NCBI GenBank assembly: GCA_050951545.1
Contig: JBMNJG010000004.1
Coordinates: 286,117-350,116 of the forward strand
Origin: Limnochordia bacterium
Lineage (GTDB): Bacteria; Bacillota; Limnochordia; DTU080
Direction of reading: 5' to 3'
DNA: 64,000 nucleotides
The position numbers and the translations under genes were made by a program. Shown in pieces: positions 37,521 to 46,966 of the stretch; position 1 is the first letter of the stretch; the number at the start of each line of letters is the position of its first letter. The notes beneath the pieces were generated by a model that was given only the letters and a program-made list of their open reading frames with translations, ran no database searches and was not told the origin of the DNA.

Positions 37521-38594
37521 TTGAGATCGCGACGACGTGTGGCCGGAGGAATGGACTTCGAGGAGAGGGCTCAGTTTGCGATCTGGGTCGAAAGACAGGG
37601 AGGACGTGTTCACCGATGGCTGCCGCTCATTCAGGGTCTGGCCTATTCCCTCCCAGCGGAAAGACGGCCGATAAGGGCATATCGAGCGGGCACATGGGAT
37701 GAACCTGATGTGATTGTACGTGCCCTTGGGGCGCAGAGCACAGCTCTAGCTCCTGAGACGACGTGGAACCTAAGAGCCATTGAGGCCCCGCTTCTATGGG
37801 ATCGCTCAAAAGGAGCAGGAGTGGAGATCGCCATTGTAGATACGGGTATAGACCTAGACCATCCGGGTCTTCATCACGTGGCTGACGGCTACAATGCTCT
37901 TGCTCCAGGAGACTCCCCTGATGACGACAATGGGCATGGCACGCATGTGGCGGGCATAGCCGCTGGTGAGTGGGAGACAGGCAGCGGAGTGGCTCCAGAG
38001 GCTACTGTGCTTCCAGTTAAGGTGCTTGACGACCAAGGCATGGGGAGCCTCTCAGACGTGGTAGACGGACTCCATTGGTGTCTGCAGCGTCGAGCCCCAA
38101 TCATCAACCTCAGCCTCGGCTCATCACAGCCCACACAGAGCATGAAGGCGGCTATCGAAGCCCTATGGGAGGCAGGGCTGCTAGTTGTGGCCGCGGCAGG
38201 CAATGAAGGTCCCCGTTGCAGCACGGTATCTTACCCCGCGAAATGGGAAGGGGTCTTGGCAGTGGCTGCCTCGACAGAGAGTTCCCTGATCGCCACCTTC
38301 TCAAGCCGCGGATCACAGGTGGATGTCACTGCCCCGGGGCAGTCGATTCTATCGCTATGGCCAGACGGTGGTGTGCGCTATCTGAGTGGTACATCCATGG
38401 CTGCCCCCCATGTGAGTGGTGCGGCGGCTTTGCTGTGGGATCTTGCTTCCCACTTACCTACACCCCTTAGCCAGACGCGAGAACTCGCTCGGCCTCTGCT
38501 GGAGGGCAGCTGCCCGCTTCCCGGTTTCACCTGCGAAGCTCAAGGACAGGGTCTCTTGCACGCGCTGGCTTCGGCAGCCCTACTCGAGACTTGA
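37521..38594 (+). CDS. Subtilisin-like S8 serine protease, no signal peptide
   Basis: DTG, HGTHVAG, AAGN, GTSMAAPHV. Confidence 0.92.
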   Translation: MRSRRRVAGGMDFEERAQFAIWVERQGGRVHRWLPLIQGLAYSLPAERRPIRAYRAGTWDEPDVIVRALGAQSTALAPETTWNLRAIEAPLLWDRSKGAGVEIAIVDTGIDLDHPGLHHVADGYNALAPGDSPDDDNGHGTHVAGIAAGEWETGSGVAPEATVLPVKVLDDQGMGSLSDVVDGLHWCLQRRAPIINLSLGSSQPTQSMKAAIEALWEAGLLVVAAAGNEGPRCSTVSYPAKWEGVLAVAASTESSLIATFSSRGSQVDVTAPGQSILSLWPDGGVRYLSGTSMAAPHVSGAAALLWDLASHLPTPLSQTRELARPLLEGSCPLPGFTCEAQGQGLLHALASAALLET

Positions 38595-39729
38595 GCATGA
38601 ACATGGCTAGCACTGCCGAGGCTAACCCCACGATTCCTGCACTCATGAAAATGCCTCGCAGACCAAGGAGATTTCCCAGGAAACCTGATACCGCTGGGCC
38701 ACCAGTCATGCCTAGAGCATATATGGATTGAAAGAAACCCATAGCTGTTGCTCTTTTTTCCGTGGGAATCGTCCGAATACTCATGCCCATGAGAACCGGG
38801 AAAATCGCGCCGCGCCCAATGCCGCCGATCGCTTGGGTAACACTGAGCACTGCCACTGACTCAATGAAGGGAATGGCCAAGGTAGTCACCCCCGCGAGAC
38901 AGAAACCACCCACGACAACCCTACGTTCACCCAGATGACGGGCAAGCCAGGTGCCACCCAGAAGTGCGGCGAGGGCTGAGGGAATGGATGAGACCAGTGT
39001 CAACATACCCAGTTGTGCTTTGGAGGCACCGATGGCTGCTGCGTAGGTCGGTGTGAAGCCGTAGACCGTAACGAAAACAACGTACTGAATAAGAGCGGCC
39101 AATAGGCTCACGACAAGCAGCTGCGGAGACTTGCCCACTTGCAGCAATTCCCCCAACGAGAGGGTCTGCTCCCGACGAAGGGGAACTTCCTGTATGAGGA
39201 AGGATAGTCCCAGACCTATCAATCCGAGAATGACCGCAGCGACAAAGGGAGCCTTCCAGCCCCACAGCTCAGCACTCCATCCGCCAAGATAAGTGGCGCT
39301 CAGCTGTGCTGACTGGTTGCAGAACAGCAGAATGCTCATCGCGCGTGCGGTCTCATCAGGGGCGAAATAGGCAGGGAACAAGACTGTGAAAGCCACCCAC
39401 GTGGTGGCCGCAACCCCGGCCATGCCTCTGCAGATAAGCAGTTGACCCGGAGACCTTGCCACAGCCATACCTGCGGCGGCTACTATTGCAGCCAGATGCC
39501 CGATTATGATAAAGGGCCGGCGCCTGCCGCGGCGATCAGAAACGATGCCTGTGGGAACTCGCAAAAGCAGCTGGCTTAACCCGTAGGCAGCTACGATAAG
39601 CCCTACCATTCCCAGTGACGCACCCATGTCTTGCGCGTATGGTGAAAGAATGGGAACATAGGTGTAGAGTGAAGCCCAAAACATAGCGGTGGCAGCGAGG
39701 AAAATGGGTATTCTGCGTCGTTTGTCCAT
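38527..39729 (-). CDS. MFS transporter
   Basis: About 12 hydrophobic segments; G..SDR.GRR motif A. Confidence 0.9.
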   Translation of the reverse strand: MDKRRRIPIFLAATAMFWASLYTYVPILSPYAQDMGASLGMVGLIVAAYGLSQLLLRVPTGIVSDRRGRRRPFIIIGHLAAIVAAAGMAVARSPGQLLICRGMAGVAATTWVAFTVLFPAYFAPDETARAMSILLFCNQSAQLSATYLGGWSAELWGWKAPFVAAVILGLIGLGLSFLIQEVPLRREQTLSLGELLQVGKSPQLLVVSLLAALIQYVVFVTVYGFTPTYAAAIGASKAQLGMLTLVSSIPSALAALLGGTWLARHLGERRVVVGGFCLAGVTTLAIPFIESVAVLSVTQAIGGIGRGAIFPVLMGMSIRTIPTEKRATAMGFFQSIYALGMTGGPAVSGFLGNLLGLRGIFMSAGIVGLASAVLAMFMLKSRVGLPKPARARDPVLELRR

Positions 39730-39805
39730 GATAGCTAAGATTCCTCGCTGAGCCTAGATTCTCCTTGTCAAGCAGTGACAAAGTGTCCGGAGGTGTCAAT
39801 CGTTC

Positions 39806-40591
39806 ATGGGTACACGCAGATCACTACGCGGAAAAAGCGTTTTCATCACCGGAGCCTCGAGTGGGATTGGTGAGGCTACCGCTCGCCTGTGTGTAGCCCA
39901 CGGGGCCAGAGTAGCTCTGGCTGCTCGCCGTCTGGACAAGCTGGTCGCCTTGGAGAAAGAGTTAGGGTCCAGTCAAGTCCTCCCGTTGGCTTGCGATGTG
40001 ACGAACCGTGACCAGGTACGAGCAGCACTGCATGCCGCTGCAGAAGCCTATGGCCATCTAGACGCAATCGTGAACAATGCAGGGCGCGGTCTGTACGTCA
40101 GCGTCGTGGAGATGCAGGAGAGAGATTGGCTGGAGCTGTGGGCAGTGAATGTACAGGGGGCCCTTTATGTCATGCAAGAGGGTGTACCACTGTTGCCGCT
40201 CGGAGGGGTCTTGGTGAACGTCTCGTCAATTGTGGCCAAGGTCGCTGTGCCGTACATGGGCGGGTACAGTGCGACCAAAGCCGCCCTAAGCGCTTTGAGC
40301 GACGCTCTACGCATCGAGCTGAGCCCAAAGGGCATCAGGGTAGTCACCGTCTATCCGGGGTCGACGCAGACTGAGTTTCGACAGAAGGCTCCCGGCTCGG
40401 ACCAGGCCTCGAAGCGGCGCATCGCCCGGGTCTCAGCAGATCAGGTGGCGATGACGATTGTCCGAGGTATACATTTCCCCCGTTCACAGATATGGGTAAC
40501 CCGGCGGGACTGTCTGGCGGCCAGGCTAGCGCAGAGGTGGCCCCGTCTGTCAGATTGGGTGCTGTGCAGGCAACAGCGCCCACAGGGCTGA
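39806..40591 (+). CDS. Short-chain dehydrogenase/reductase
   Basis: TGASSGIG, NNAG, YSATK. Confidence 0.92.
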   Translation: MGTRRSLRGKSVFITGASSGIGEATARLCVAHGARVALAARRLDKLVALEKELGSSQVLPLACDVTNRDQVRAALHAAAEAYGHLDAIVNNAGRGLYVSVVEMQERDWLELWAVNVQGALYVMQEGVPLLPLGGVLVNVSSIVAKVAVPYMGGYSATKAALSALSDALRIELSPKGIRVVTVYPGSTQTEFRQKAPGSDQASKRRIARVSADQVAMTIVRGIHFPRSQIWVTRRDCLAARLAQRWPRLSDWVLCRQQRPQG

Positions 40592-41482
40592 GGGCTCCAC
40601 AGCGAACGTCGCAGGTAGGGTGCCAATGATCTGCCCGTCCGCCTGGATGGGCAGGGGCGGCCCGTCGACAGAGGCCGACTGAGCCCGCTGGTAGGTACAC
40701 TTCGGATGACTCAAATGGGTGCCCTTAAACAGTTTGGGGAGCGTAACCAACGCTTCGCCCTTTGTTATGTCACCAGCGACACAGAAATCGAGTAGGCCAT
40801 CATGGGGTGAAGCATGAGGACAGACCTTCATACCGCCACCGTAGAAGCTTAGGTTCCCTGCCGCGATAAACAGAACACGACGCTCTGTTGGAGCTCCGTC
40901 GTCGAAGCGTATGACGAGGGGGGCATTGCGATAGGTGAGAAGCGTCTTGAATAAGCCGAGCAAATACGGCAGGGTCCCGTGCAGAGCCTGGAATTGGCGG
41001 TTGACCGTGTCGGCCACGGCGGCGTCGAACCCGGCACTGGCCACATTCAGATATGGCTTATCATTGACACGGGGAACATCGATGCGCTGGCGTATGGCCG
41101 TCGTCAGAAGCGGGACAATGAGTGCGGGCAAACGGGGCCATCCGAGGCCCCGCGCGAAGTCGTTCCCGGTACCGGCAGGCACACAAGCCAATGCAGTCTG
41201 GGTTCCTATGAGGGCGGGCACCATCTCACTCAGCGTGCCATCGCCTCCGACCCCCACGCAAGTTTCAAATCCTGCAGTCACAGCCTGTTGGGTCAGAATA
41301 GTGGCGTGCCCCGGATATTCGGTAAAAGCATAGCTGAAATCAATGGCCAAGCGCTGCAAGATAGCATGTAGATTCCACCATGTGTGCAGAGCTTTGCCTC
41401 TTCCTGCTGTGGGATTGACGACGAAAAAAAACCGCAAACCGCTAGTCCCCCTCGTACCCATTATGTCGAGCCTGTTTGGCAT
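40550..41482 (-). CDS. Diacylglycerol/lipid kinase (YegS/DagK family)
   Basis: NPTAG, GGDGT, PAGTGNDFAR, GFDA, YGGG; true start may lie a few codons downstream. Confidence 0.9.
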   Translation of the reverse strand: MPNRLDIMGTRGTSGLRFFFVVNPTAGRGKALHTWWNLHAILQRLAIDFSYAFTEYPGHATILTQQAVTAGFETCVGVGGDGTLSEMVPALIGTQTALACVPAGTGNDFARGLGWPRLPALIVPLLTTAIRQRIDVPRVNDKPYLNVASAGFDAAVADTVNRQFQALHGTLPYLLGLFKTLLTYRNAPLVIRFDDGAPTERRVLFIAAGNLSFYGGGMKVCPHASPHDGLLDFCVAGDITKGEALVTLPKLFKGTHLSHPKCTYQRAQSASVDGPPLPIQADGQIIGTLPATFAVEPSALWALLPAQHPI

Positions 41483-41598
41483 TGATGTGCAGGTATTTCC
41501 TCAGGCGAAGGGGACTATCCTACTGCGGGAAGAAAAAGGTGGATCCTGAGCTTTGTCGAAGCTTCTTCGACACATGACAAGCGGCAAGAGGTGAACAG

Positions 41599-42372
41599 AT
41601 GGCGAATGTCATTGGAGAGCTCATGAAGGGTAAGCAGGGCATCGTGCTGGGTGTGGCCAACAAGCGAAGCATCGCCTGGGCGATTGCACAAACGCTAGCA
41701 TCGCAGGGAGCGAGACTGGCCATTACATACCAGAGCGAACGCGTGGAGAAGTATGTGCGAGAGCTGGCGCAGGAGCTGCAGGACCCACTTATTCTACGCT
41801 GTGATGTCACCAAAGAAGATGAGATCAAGGCACTTATGGCGACTGTAGGGTCCGAGTTCGGTAGCTTGGATTTCATCATGCACAGTGTGGCCTACGGCGA
41901 CCTTGACCAGCCTGTACTAGCCACTTCCCGGGAGGCCTATCTCAAGGCCTTGGAGATCAGCGCCTACTCTTTGGTGGCTGTAGCTGGGCAGGCAACCAAG
42001 CTGATGAGCCAGGGCGGCAGTATCGCCACGATGACCTACTACGGCTCGGAGAAGGTAGTACCGGGCTATAACATCATGGGTGTAGCCAAAGCTACCTTAG
42101 AGGCATCTGTACGCTATCTCGCCCACGATCTGGGTCCCCGTGGAGTGCGAGTGAATGCAGTGTCCGCCGGACCTCTGAGTACCCTCGCGGCTCGCAGCAT
42201 ATCTGGCTTCACACAGATGCGCAGCATAGCTGCGGAGAGGGCCCCATTGCGACGGCCTGTCGAAGTGAGTGAGGTGGCCAATACGGCCCTTTTCCTGCTA
42301 TCGGACATGGCATCAGGAATCACTGGTGAGGTCGTTTACGTGGATTGTGGGTACCATATCATGGGCATGTAA
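41599..42372 (+). CDS. fabI: Enoyl-ACP reductase
   Basis: GVANKRSIAWAIA, ISAYSL, YNIMGVAKA.LE. Confidence 0.95.
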   Translation: MANVIGELMKGKQGIVLGVANKRSIAWAIAQTLASQGARLAITYQSERVEKYVRELAQELQDPLILRCDVTKEDEIKALMATVGSEFGSLDFIMHSVAYGDLDQPVLATSREAYLKALEISAYSLVAVAGQATKLMSQGGSIATMTYYGSEKVVPGYNIMGVAKATLEASVRYLAHDLGPRGVRVNAVSAGPLSTLAARSISGFTQMRSIAAERAPLRRPVEVSEVANTALFLLSDMASGITGEVVYVDCGYHIMGM

Positions 42373-42397
42373 GGACGAAAACCGAGGCAATTCGAAA

Positions 42398-43181
42398 ATG
42401 GAGGTCTCGCTTGAATTGCAGAAACTGAGAATCCGAGAAGGTCTAGATATTGTCGTAGTGGAAAACGATGCGGCGTTTGTCTCCTTCGCCGCCGACCAGG
42501 TATGCGGTGTTATCAAGAACAAGCTGAGATGCTGTCTTGGGGCTAGCCACAGGTAGTACGCCTATAGGCCTCTATGCGGAACTTGTGAAGCGCTATCAAG
42601 CAACGGAAGTTGACTTCTCCCAGGTACGCACGTTTAACCTTGATGAGTATGTGGGGCTTGCAGGTGATCATCCACAGTCATACCGACAGTATATGCACCA
42701 GCATCTCTTCAGCAAGGTAAACCTACAGGCTGGCAATACCTACCTTCCCTCTGGCATCGCTACCGATTTAGAGGCTGAGGCGGCGCGCTATGATGCCCTA
42801 CTTGAGCGTCTGGGCCCCGTCGACCTGCAGATACTCGGGATCGGAGAGAATGCACACATTGCTTTCAATGAACCAGGCACTCCATTCTCCAGTTCAACTC
42901 ATGTGGTGGATCTGACAGAATCTACCATTGAGGCCAACGCCCGTTTCTTTGCCTCTCGTGACGAGGTACCGCGGCAGGCCGTTACAATGGGCATCGCCAG
43001 CATTCTCAGGGCACGGCGGGTGATGCTCTTGGCTCAAGGAGACAAGAAGGCTGAAGCCATACGTCTGAGTCTCGAAGAGGAGATGACACCTCAGGTACCA
43101 GCTTCAGCGCTTCAGTCACACCCCTCAGTTCTCGTGGTCGTCGACAGGCCAGCTGCTTCTCGCCTTGCAGCTGTTAGGTAG
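42398..43181 (+). pseudogene. nagB: Glucosamine-6-phosphate deaminase with a 1-nt frameshift near 42524-42527
   Basis: N-terminal segment (DIVVVEN...AADQV..VIKNK) in one frame; DAVLGLATGSTP, FNLDEY, GIG.N.HIAFNEPG in the next frame. Confidence 0.75.
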
Positions 43182-43186
43182 TCGAG

Positions 43187-44200
43187 CTACTGGGCCTGTC
43201 TAGCCAGCCATCGCTGCTCAAGGCTATGGCGACGGCATGCGGCCGAGAGAATGGCACCTACGAGCTCGTCAAAGCAGATGCCAGCTGCTGCAGCCTGAAT
43301 GGGAAGGAGGCTATACTCAGCGAGCCCCGGCAGCGGGTTGATTTCTAGGAAGAAGGGGTTGCCAGCATCGTCCATCCGAATGTCGACGCGGCTGACATCC
43401 TTGCAGCCAAGAACTTGGTGAGCGCAGAGGGCGATCTGCGTCAGTCTGGCCGCGGTTATCTCAGGTAGCTGTGCGGGACAGAACATAGCCTCCAGGTTAT
43501 CGCACTTGGTCTCATAGGAGTAGACAAAAGGCTGACTGCGCATCTTTGAGCTCGGTGTGATTTCCATGATAGGCAAGCCTACGGGGGGCTCGTTCCCCAG
43601 CACTCCAATAGTGAATTCGCGCCCGCCGAGAAAGGGCTCCACGAGCGCGGGTTGCGCGTAGGTACGGATCACCCAGCGCACCTGAGCATCAAGCTCCTCA
43701 TGGGTAGCAACCCGCGAGTGTGAACGCACGCCCTTGCTCGAGCCCTCTGTGTTGGGCTTCACAAAGGCAGGCAAAGCGATGTCAGCTTTCGCAAGCTCAT
43801 ACTCATTCTCGATAAGGGTGGTTGGCGGAACTGGCACGCCAGCCGCGGCCACCACGCGCTTGCAGAGAGCCTTGTCCAATGCCAGGCCCAGTGAGAGAGC
43901 ATCTGACCCGGTGTAGGGAATGCCCAAGAACTCAAGAATTGCTGGTACCAGCGATTCTCGGTTGCGGCCACTCCAGCCCTCGGCTATGTTGAACACTACA
44001 TCAGGTCGCTGACGTGTCAGCCGCTCCAGGAGATCCTTCCGAAAAGGAAACAACTCCACGACGTGACCAAGCCGGGTCAGGGCCGCGGCAATGCGCTCCA
44101 CCGTCGCTGCTTCCTCGCACTCTGCTGTCCAGTCTTCAGCGCCGCCACAGATCGGTGCGTCGGTTTTGAGGTTATAGGTGAGACCGACATGCAAGCCCAT
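43187..44200 (-). CDS. D-Ala-D-Ala ligase-like ATP-grasp protein
   Basis: FNIAEG..GR.RES, PYTGS, VKP..EGSSKG, GREFT, RVD.R, EINPLPGL. Confidence 0.85.
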   Translation of the reverse strand: MGLHVGLTYNLKTDAPICGGAEDWTAECEEAATVERIAAALTRLGHVVELFPFRKDLLERLTRQRPDVVFNIAEGWSGRNRESLVPAILEFLGIPYTGSDALSLGLALDKALCKRVVAAAGVPVPPTTLIENEYELAKADIALPAFVKPNTEGSSKGVRSHSRVATHEELDAQVRWVIRTYAQPALVEPFLGGREFTIGVLGNEPPVGLPIMEITPSSKMRSQPFVYSYETKCDNLEAMFCPAQLPEITAARLTQIALCAHQVLGCKDVSRVDIRMDDAGNPFFLEINPLPGLAEYSLLPIQAAAAGICFDELVGAILSAACRRHSLEQRWLARQAQ

Positions 44201-44386
44201 ATTGCAGCATCTCCGCTTCCCGTCCAAGTTGGCTCGATTGTCGCGCCGCATCGCGCAGAAAGCGATGACCATTGGCGGTCATATGGGTTGATAACAGGGC
44301 CTGCTACCTCGCTACGACCACACGCATGCGCTCAAACGAAGCAAGGGTCAAAATGTCGCTCGAATTGAGAAGGGAACGCGTCCTCT

Positions 44387-44878
44387 CTAGCGCAGGACCA
44401 GATCGTCTAGTACGATTCCGGCGTCGCTCTCTGATTGTGGAGCATCCACCCGCAGGTTGAGGCCCGCTGTCGAGCTCGGAGCGAGGTTTGTCACATCCCA
44501 CAGAACATTCCATGTGCTACTGGATAACTGTTTCGGAGCTATAAAGATCTCAAGAGCTACACCGAGGAAGCTGCCACTGCTGTTTACCCAACGCAAGCGT
44601 ACTAGGACCGGTCCGTTGGCAAGGTGGGAGATGCCTCGTACATGAGCGACGAATTGGAGCCTGGTGCCCCGAGAGGCGGGCACCGTTTGGGCTATGAAGG
44701 CGTTCATCCCCGCCACCATGGCCGCTCGAGTACCTGAGTGCACGAGGTCTCCGACTTCTGCTGAGATGACCGTAACGGCTGCTGTATTCCAGCCAGCAAG
44801 GTCTTTCTCGAACCCGGCGTTCTGAATTCTGTTGCGCGGAGAGCGAGGCGGTCGCTTCCTTTTTTGTGTCCCTTGCAT
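44387..44878 (-). CDS. Galactose-binding-like (CBM4_9/NTTRR-F1-like) domain protein
   Basis: NRIQNAGFE..L..W and terminal LDDLVL; ATG 44878 with SD AGGAAAGGAG. Confidence 0.6.
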   Translation of the reverse strand: MQGTQKRKRPPRSPRNRIQNAGFEKDLAGWNTAAVTVISAEVGDLVHSGTRAAMVAGMNAFIAQTVPASRGTRLQFVAHVRGISHLANGPVLVRLRWVNSSGSFLGVALEIFIAPKQLSSSTWNVLWDVTNLAPSSTAGLNLRVDAPQSESDAGIVLDDLVLR

Positions 44879-45046
44879 GGCGTAATGACTCCTTTCCTGC
44901 TTCTCACTCCATTCGTATGTTCTTCGGTGCGATTGGTGCCCGCTGCTCTCACGCGTGAAGCGAAAAACAGGGTTCACTGCGGCGATGCCGAAGAAATGAA
45001 GTAAGGTACGGCCTATGGCCGAAGAACACTGAGTTATGCCAAAGCG

Positions 45047-45104
45047 GTACATGTGTGGTTGGCCGCCGACATGCCCGCACAGCACCACATCACTTTCTGG
45101 GGAG
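45047..45104 (+). repeat. Dispersed repeat module A
   Basis: GTGGTTGGCCGCCGACATGCCCGCACAGC...TTTCTGGGGAG. Confidence 0.8.
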
Positions 45105-45116
45105 TGATACAACAGC

Positions 45117-45596
45117 ATGAGGAAAACGACTCCGCATATTTTACGGATGGTGAAAATGGCATTCGTGGTCACGGCCCTGATAGTGGCGGCTGCCGCTGCC
45201 GCTGCCACGGAGTCGCCAGCCGAGACCGACGCCACGACGATCTTGAGTTCGACCGTAGAGTTGGGGGGTGTTACGCTCTTTCGCTTTGTGGAGCCCTTCA
45301 AGGACGTTTCGCCTCAGGAACGAGTGAGCATTATCTACCAGCGTCTCTGGTACGTGCTGGATTCCACGGTTCCCGAAAGGCGTCTCGAGCTACGCGATCA
45401 GGTGAGAGTCGATAAGATCCGGGCAGACATGTGCATCTTCGTTGGAGACTACCTTATCGTGACCATTGACGAGGTTCACGCCCGCATCAATCGTTGTTCC
45501 CCACAGGAGTTGGCTGAGGTCTGGGCTGACAATCTGCGCCGTGGGTTGTCCCGTTACCTCGAGATCAATGCACCGAAGGCGCTATACGGGGGCTAA
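45117..45596 (+). CDS. Secreted hypothetical protein
   Basis: Signal-like N-terminus; I.VGD..IVTID...A.........A..WA..L motif. Confidence 0.65.
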   Translation: MRKTTPHILRMVKMAFVVTALIVAAAAAAATESPAETDATTILSSTVELGGVTLFRFVEPFKDVSPQERVSIIYQRLWYVLDSTVPERRLELRDQVRVDKIRADMCIFVGDYLIVTIDEVHARINRCSPQELAEVWADNLRRGLSRYLEINAPKALYGG

Positions 45597-45672
45597 CTGG
45601 AACCAGCGGCGCATACATGCTAGGCGTCCCCAGGCGTTCTGTCTGTCCTGAAGGAGTGTATCAGTCATCGCC

Positions 45673-46839
45673 TTGGTCTGTGGAACGTATCTTCTGATCG
45701 GCACGATACTCACGATCCTAGGTCCGTTACTGCCTGAGATAACCGCTTACTTTGAGGTGGGCTATGCGACTATCGGGGGGGCCTTACTCGTATCCTCTGC
45801 CGCATACATGCCTTCGGTGCTGTGGGCTGGATTCGGTTGTGCACGCTGGGGTACTCGGTCGGTCAGCACGGTGGGACTTCTGCTGATGGCGCTAGGATAC
45901 GCTGTGGCGGCTTCGGCGAGCTGCTGGTGGGTCTTCGTCGTTGGGTTGGGACTTGGCGGCGGTGTAGGATTTGCCTTTGCCGAAGCAGGCGTCAATGCTC
46001 TGGTGATGGAGGTCTCCGATGAAAGCAAGGGTGCCGCGCTAAACATGCTACACGTGTTTGCGGCGATCGGTGCGGTGTTGGGACCCTTCATCGCTCGTGG
46101 CGTTCTCGCACTTAGCGGTTCATGGCAGTATGTGTACGCCGTGTTATCCCTGGCCTTCTGTGTGGGTGCCGCTGTGTTCGCCATCCGCAATGATCTGGGC
46201 CAAAGAACCCAAGGAGGCAATGCGGGTCCCAAACCGTGTTGGAAGGACCTCGCTAGTCCGATGATGGCTTTTTTGGCTGCAGCTATGTTTTTCTACGTAG
46301 GCACTGAGATCGGCTTGTCCAACTGGATCTACTCCTACGCCGTGATGGAGGTGGGAGTGCGTGCAGTGGTGGGAGCCTCGCTCAACTCCCTGTTCTGGTT
46401 AGGCTTGGGGCTCGGTCGTCTGGCTTCGGTCTATGCAAGTGAGCGATTGGGTTACGAGCGTTTCCTCTTCTGTGGAGCTTTGGGAGCGGCACTAGCTCTG
46501 CTCCCAGGTCTGGTCTGGCCCAACGCGCCTGTCGTGGTGCTGTCCTTTTTCCTAACGGGTTTCCTGTTCTCCGGAACGTTTCCCACGCTCCTGGCCCTCG
46601 GGGGTCAGACCTTTCCCGATCAAAACGGCCCAGTCAGCGGCATTCTCATTTTCTTCGCAGGTGTAGGGTCTATGGTCTTTCCGCCAGCTATGGGCCTCTT
46701 GGCAGAGGTGCGGGGAATCTCGTATGCTATGACGCTAGCTTTCGCTGGGGCTGTGGCCCTAGTGGCTGTGACTGCCGCGCTTGCGTGGCGTATTCACCGT
46801 GAGCGCAAGTCTGGGCTTGAACATGCCCGCACAGCATAA
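45673..46839 (+). CDS. MFS transporter (FucP/TsgA-like)
   Basis: Hydrophobic helices; NMLH.F..IG..LGP, FYVG.E. Confidence 0.85.
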   Translation: MVCGTYLLIGTILTILGPLLPEITAYFEVGYATIGGALLVSSAAYMPSVLWAGFGCARWGTRSVSTVGLLLMALGYAVAASASCWWVFVVGLGLGGGVGFAFAEAGVNALVMEVSDESKGAALNMLHVFAAIGAVLGPFIARGVLALSGSWQYVYAVLSLAFCVGAAVFAIRNDLGQRTQGGNAGPKPCWKDLASPMMAFLAAAMFFYVGTEIGLSNWIYSYAVMEVGVRAVVGASLNSLFWLGLGLGRLASVYASERLGYERFLFCGALGAALALLPGLVWPNAPVVVLSFFLTGFLFSGTFPTLLALGGQTFPDQNGPVSGILIFFAGVGSMVFPPAMGLLAEVRGISYAMTLAFAGAVALVAVTAALAWRIHRERKSGLEHARTA

Positions 46840-46958
46840 CACGTTTTTCTAGGAGCCGCGCATGGGCGCCCGACCCTACGGGCCGCGGCCTGCCACGAGC
46901 AATGAAAATGAGGGGCGCTCATGTCGATGCCGCAGCGTAGAAGGATTTTCGAGGGAGC
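46821..46958 (+). repeat. Dispersed composite repeat (module A + module B)
   Basis: Module A 46821-46855 contains the MFS stop codon; module B 46853-46958 ends in the SD of the MATE gene. Confidence 0.85.
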
Positions 46959-46966
46959 CGGATCCG

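Noticed and set aside
42521-42530. RF2-type programmed frameshift in nagB
   Set aside because: The TGA is in the destination frame rather than the starting frame, and there is no slippery site or internal SD.
44879-45301. N-terminal 141 aa of ORF 44387-45301(-)
   Set aside because: Overlaps the real gene at 45117 and a repeat; ATG 44878 has a clear SD.
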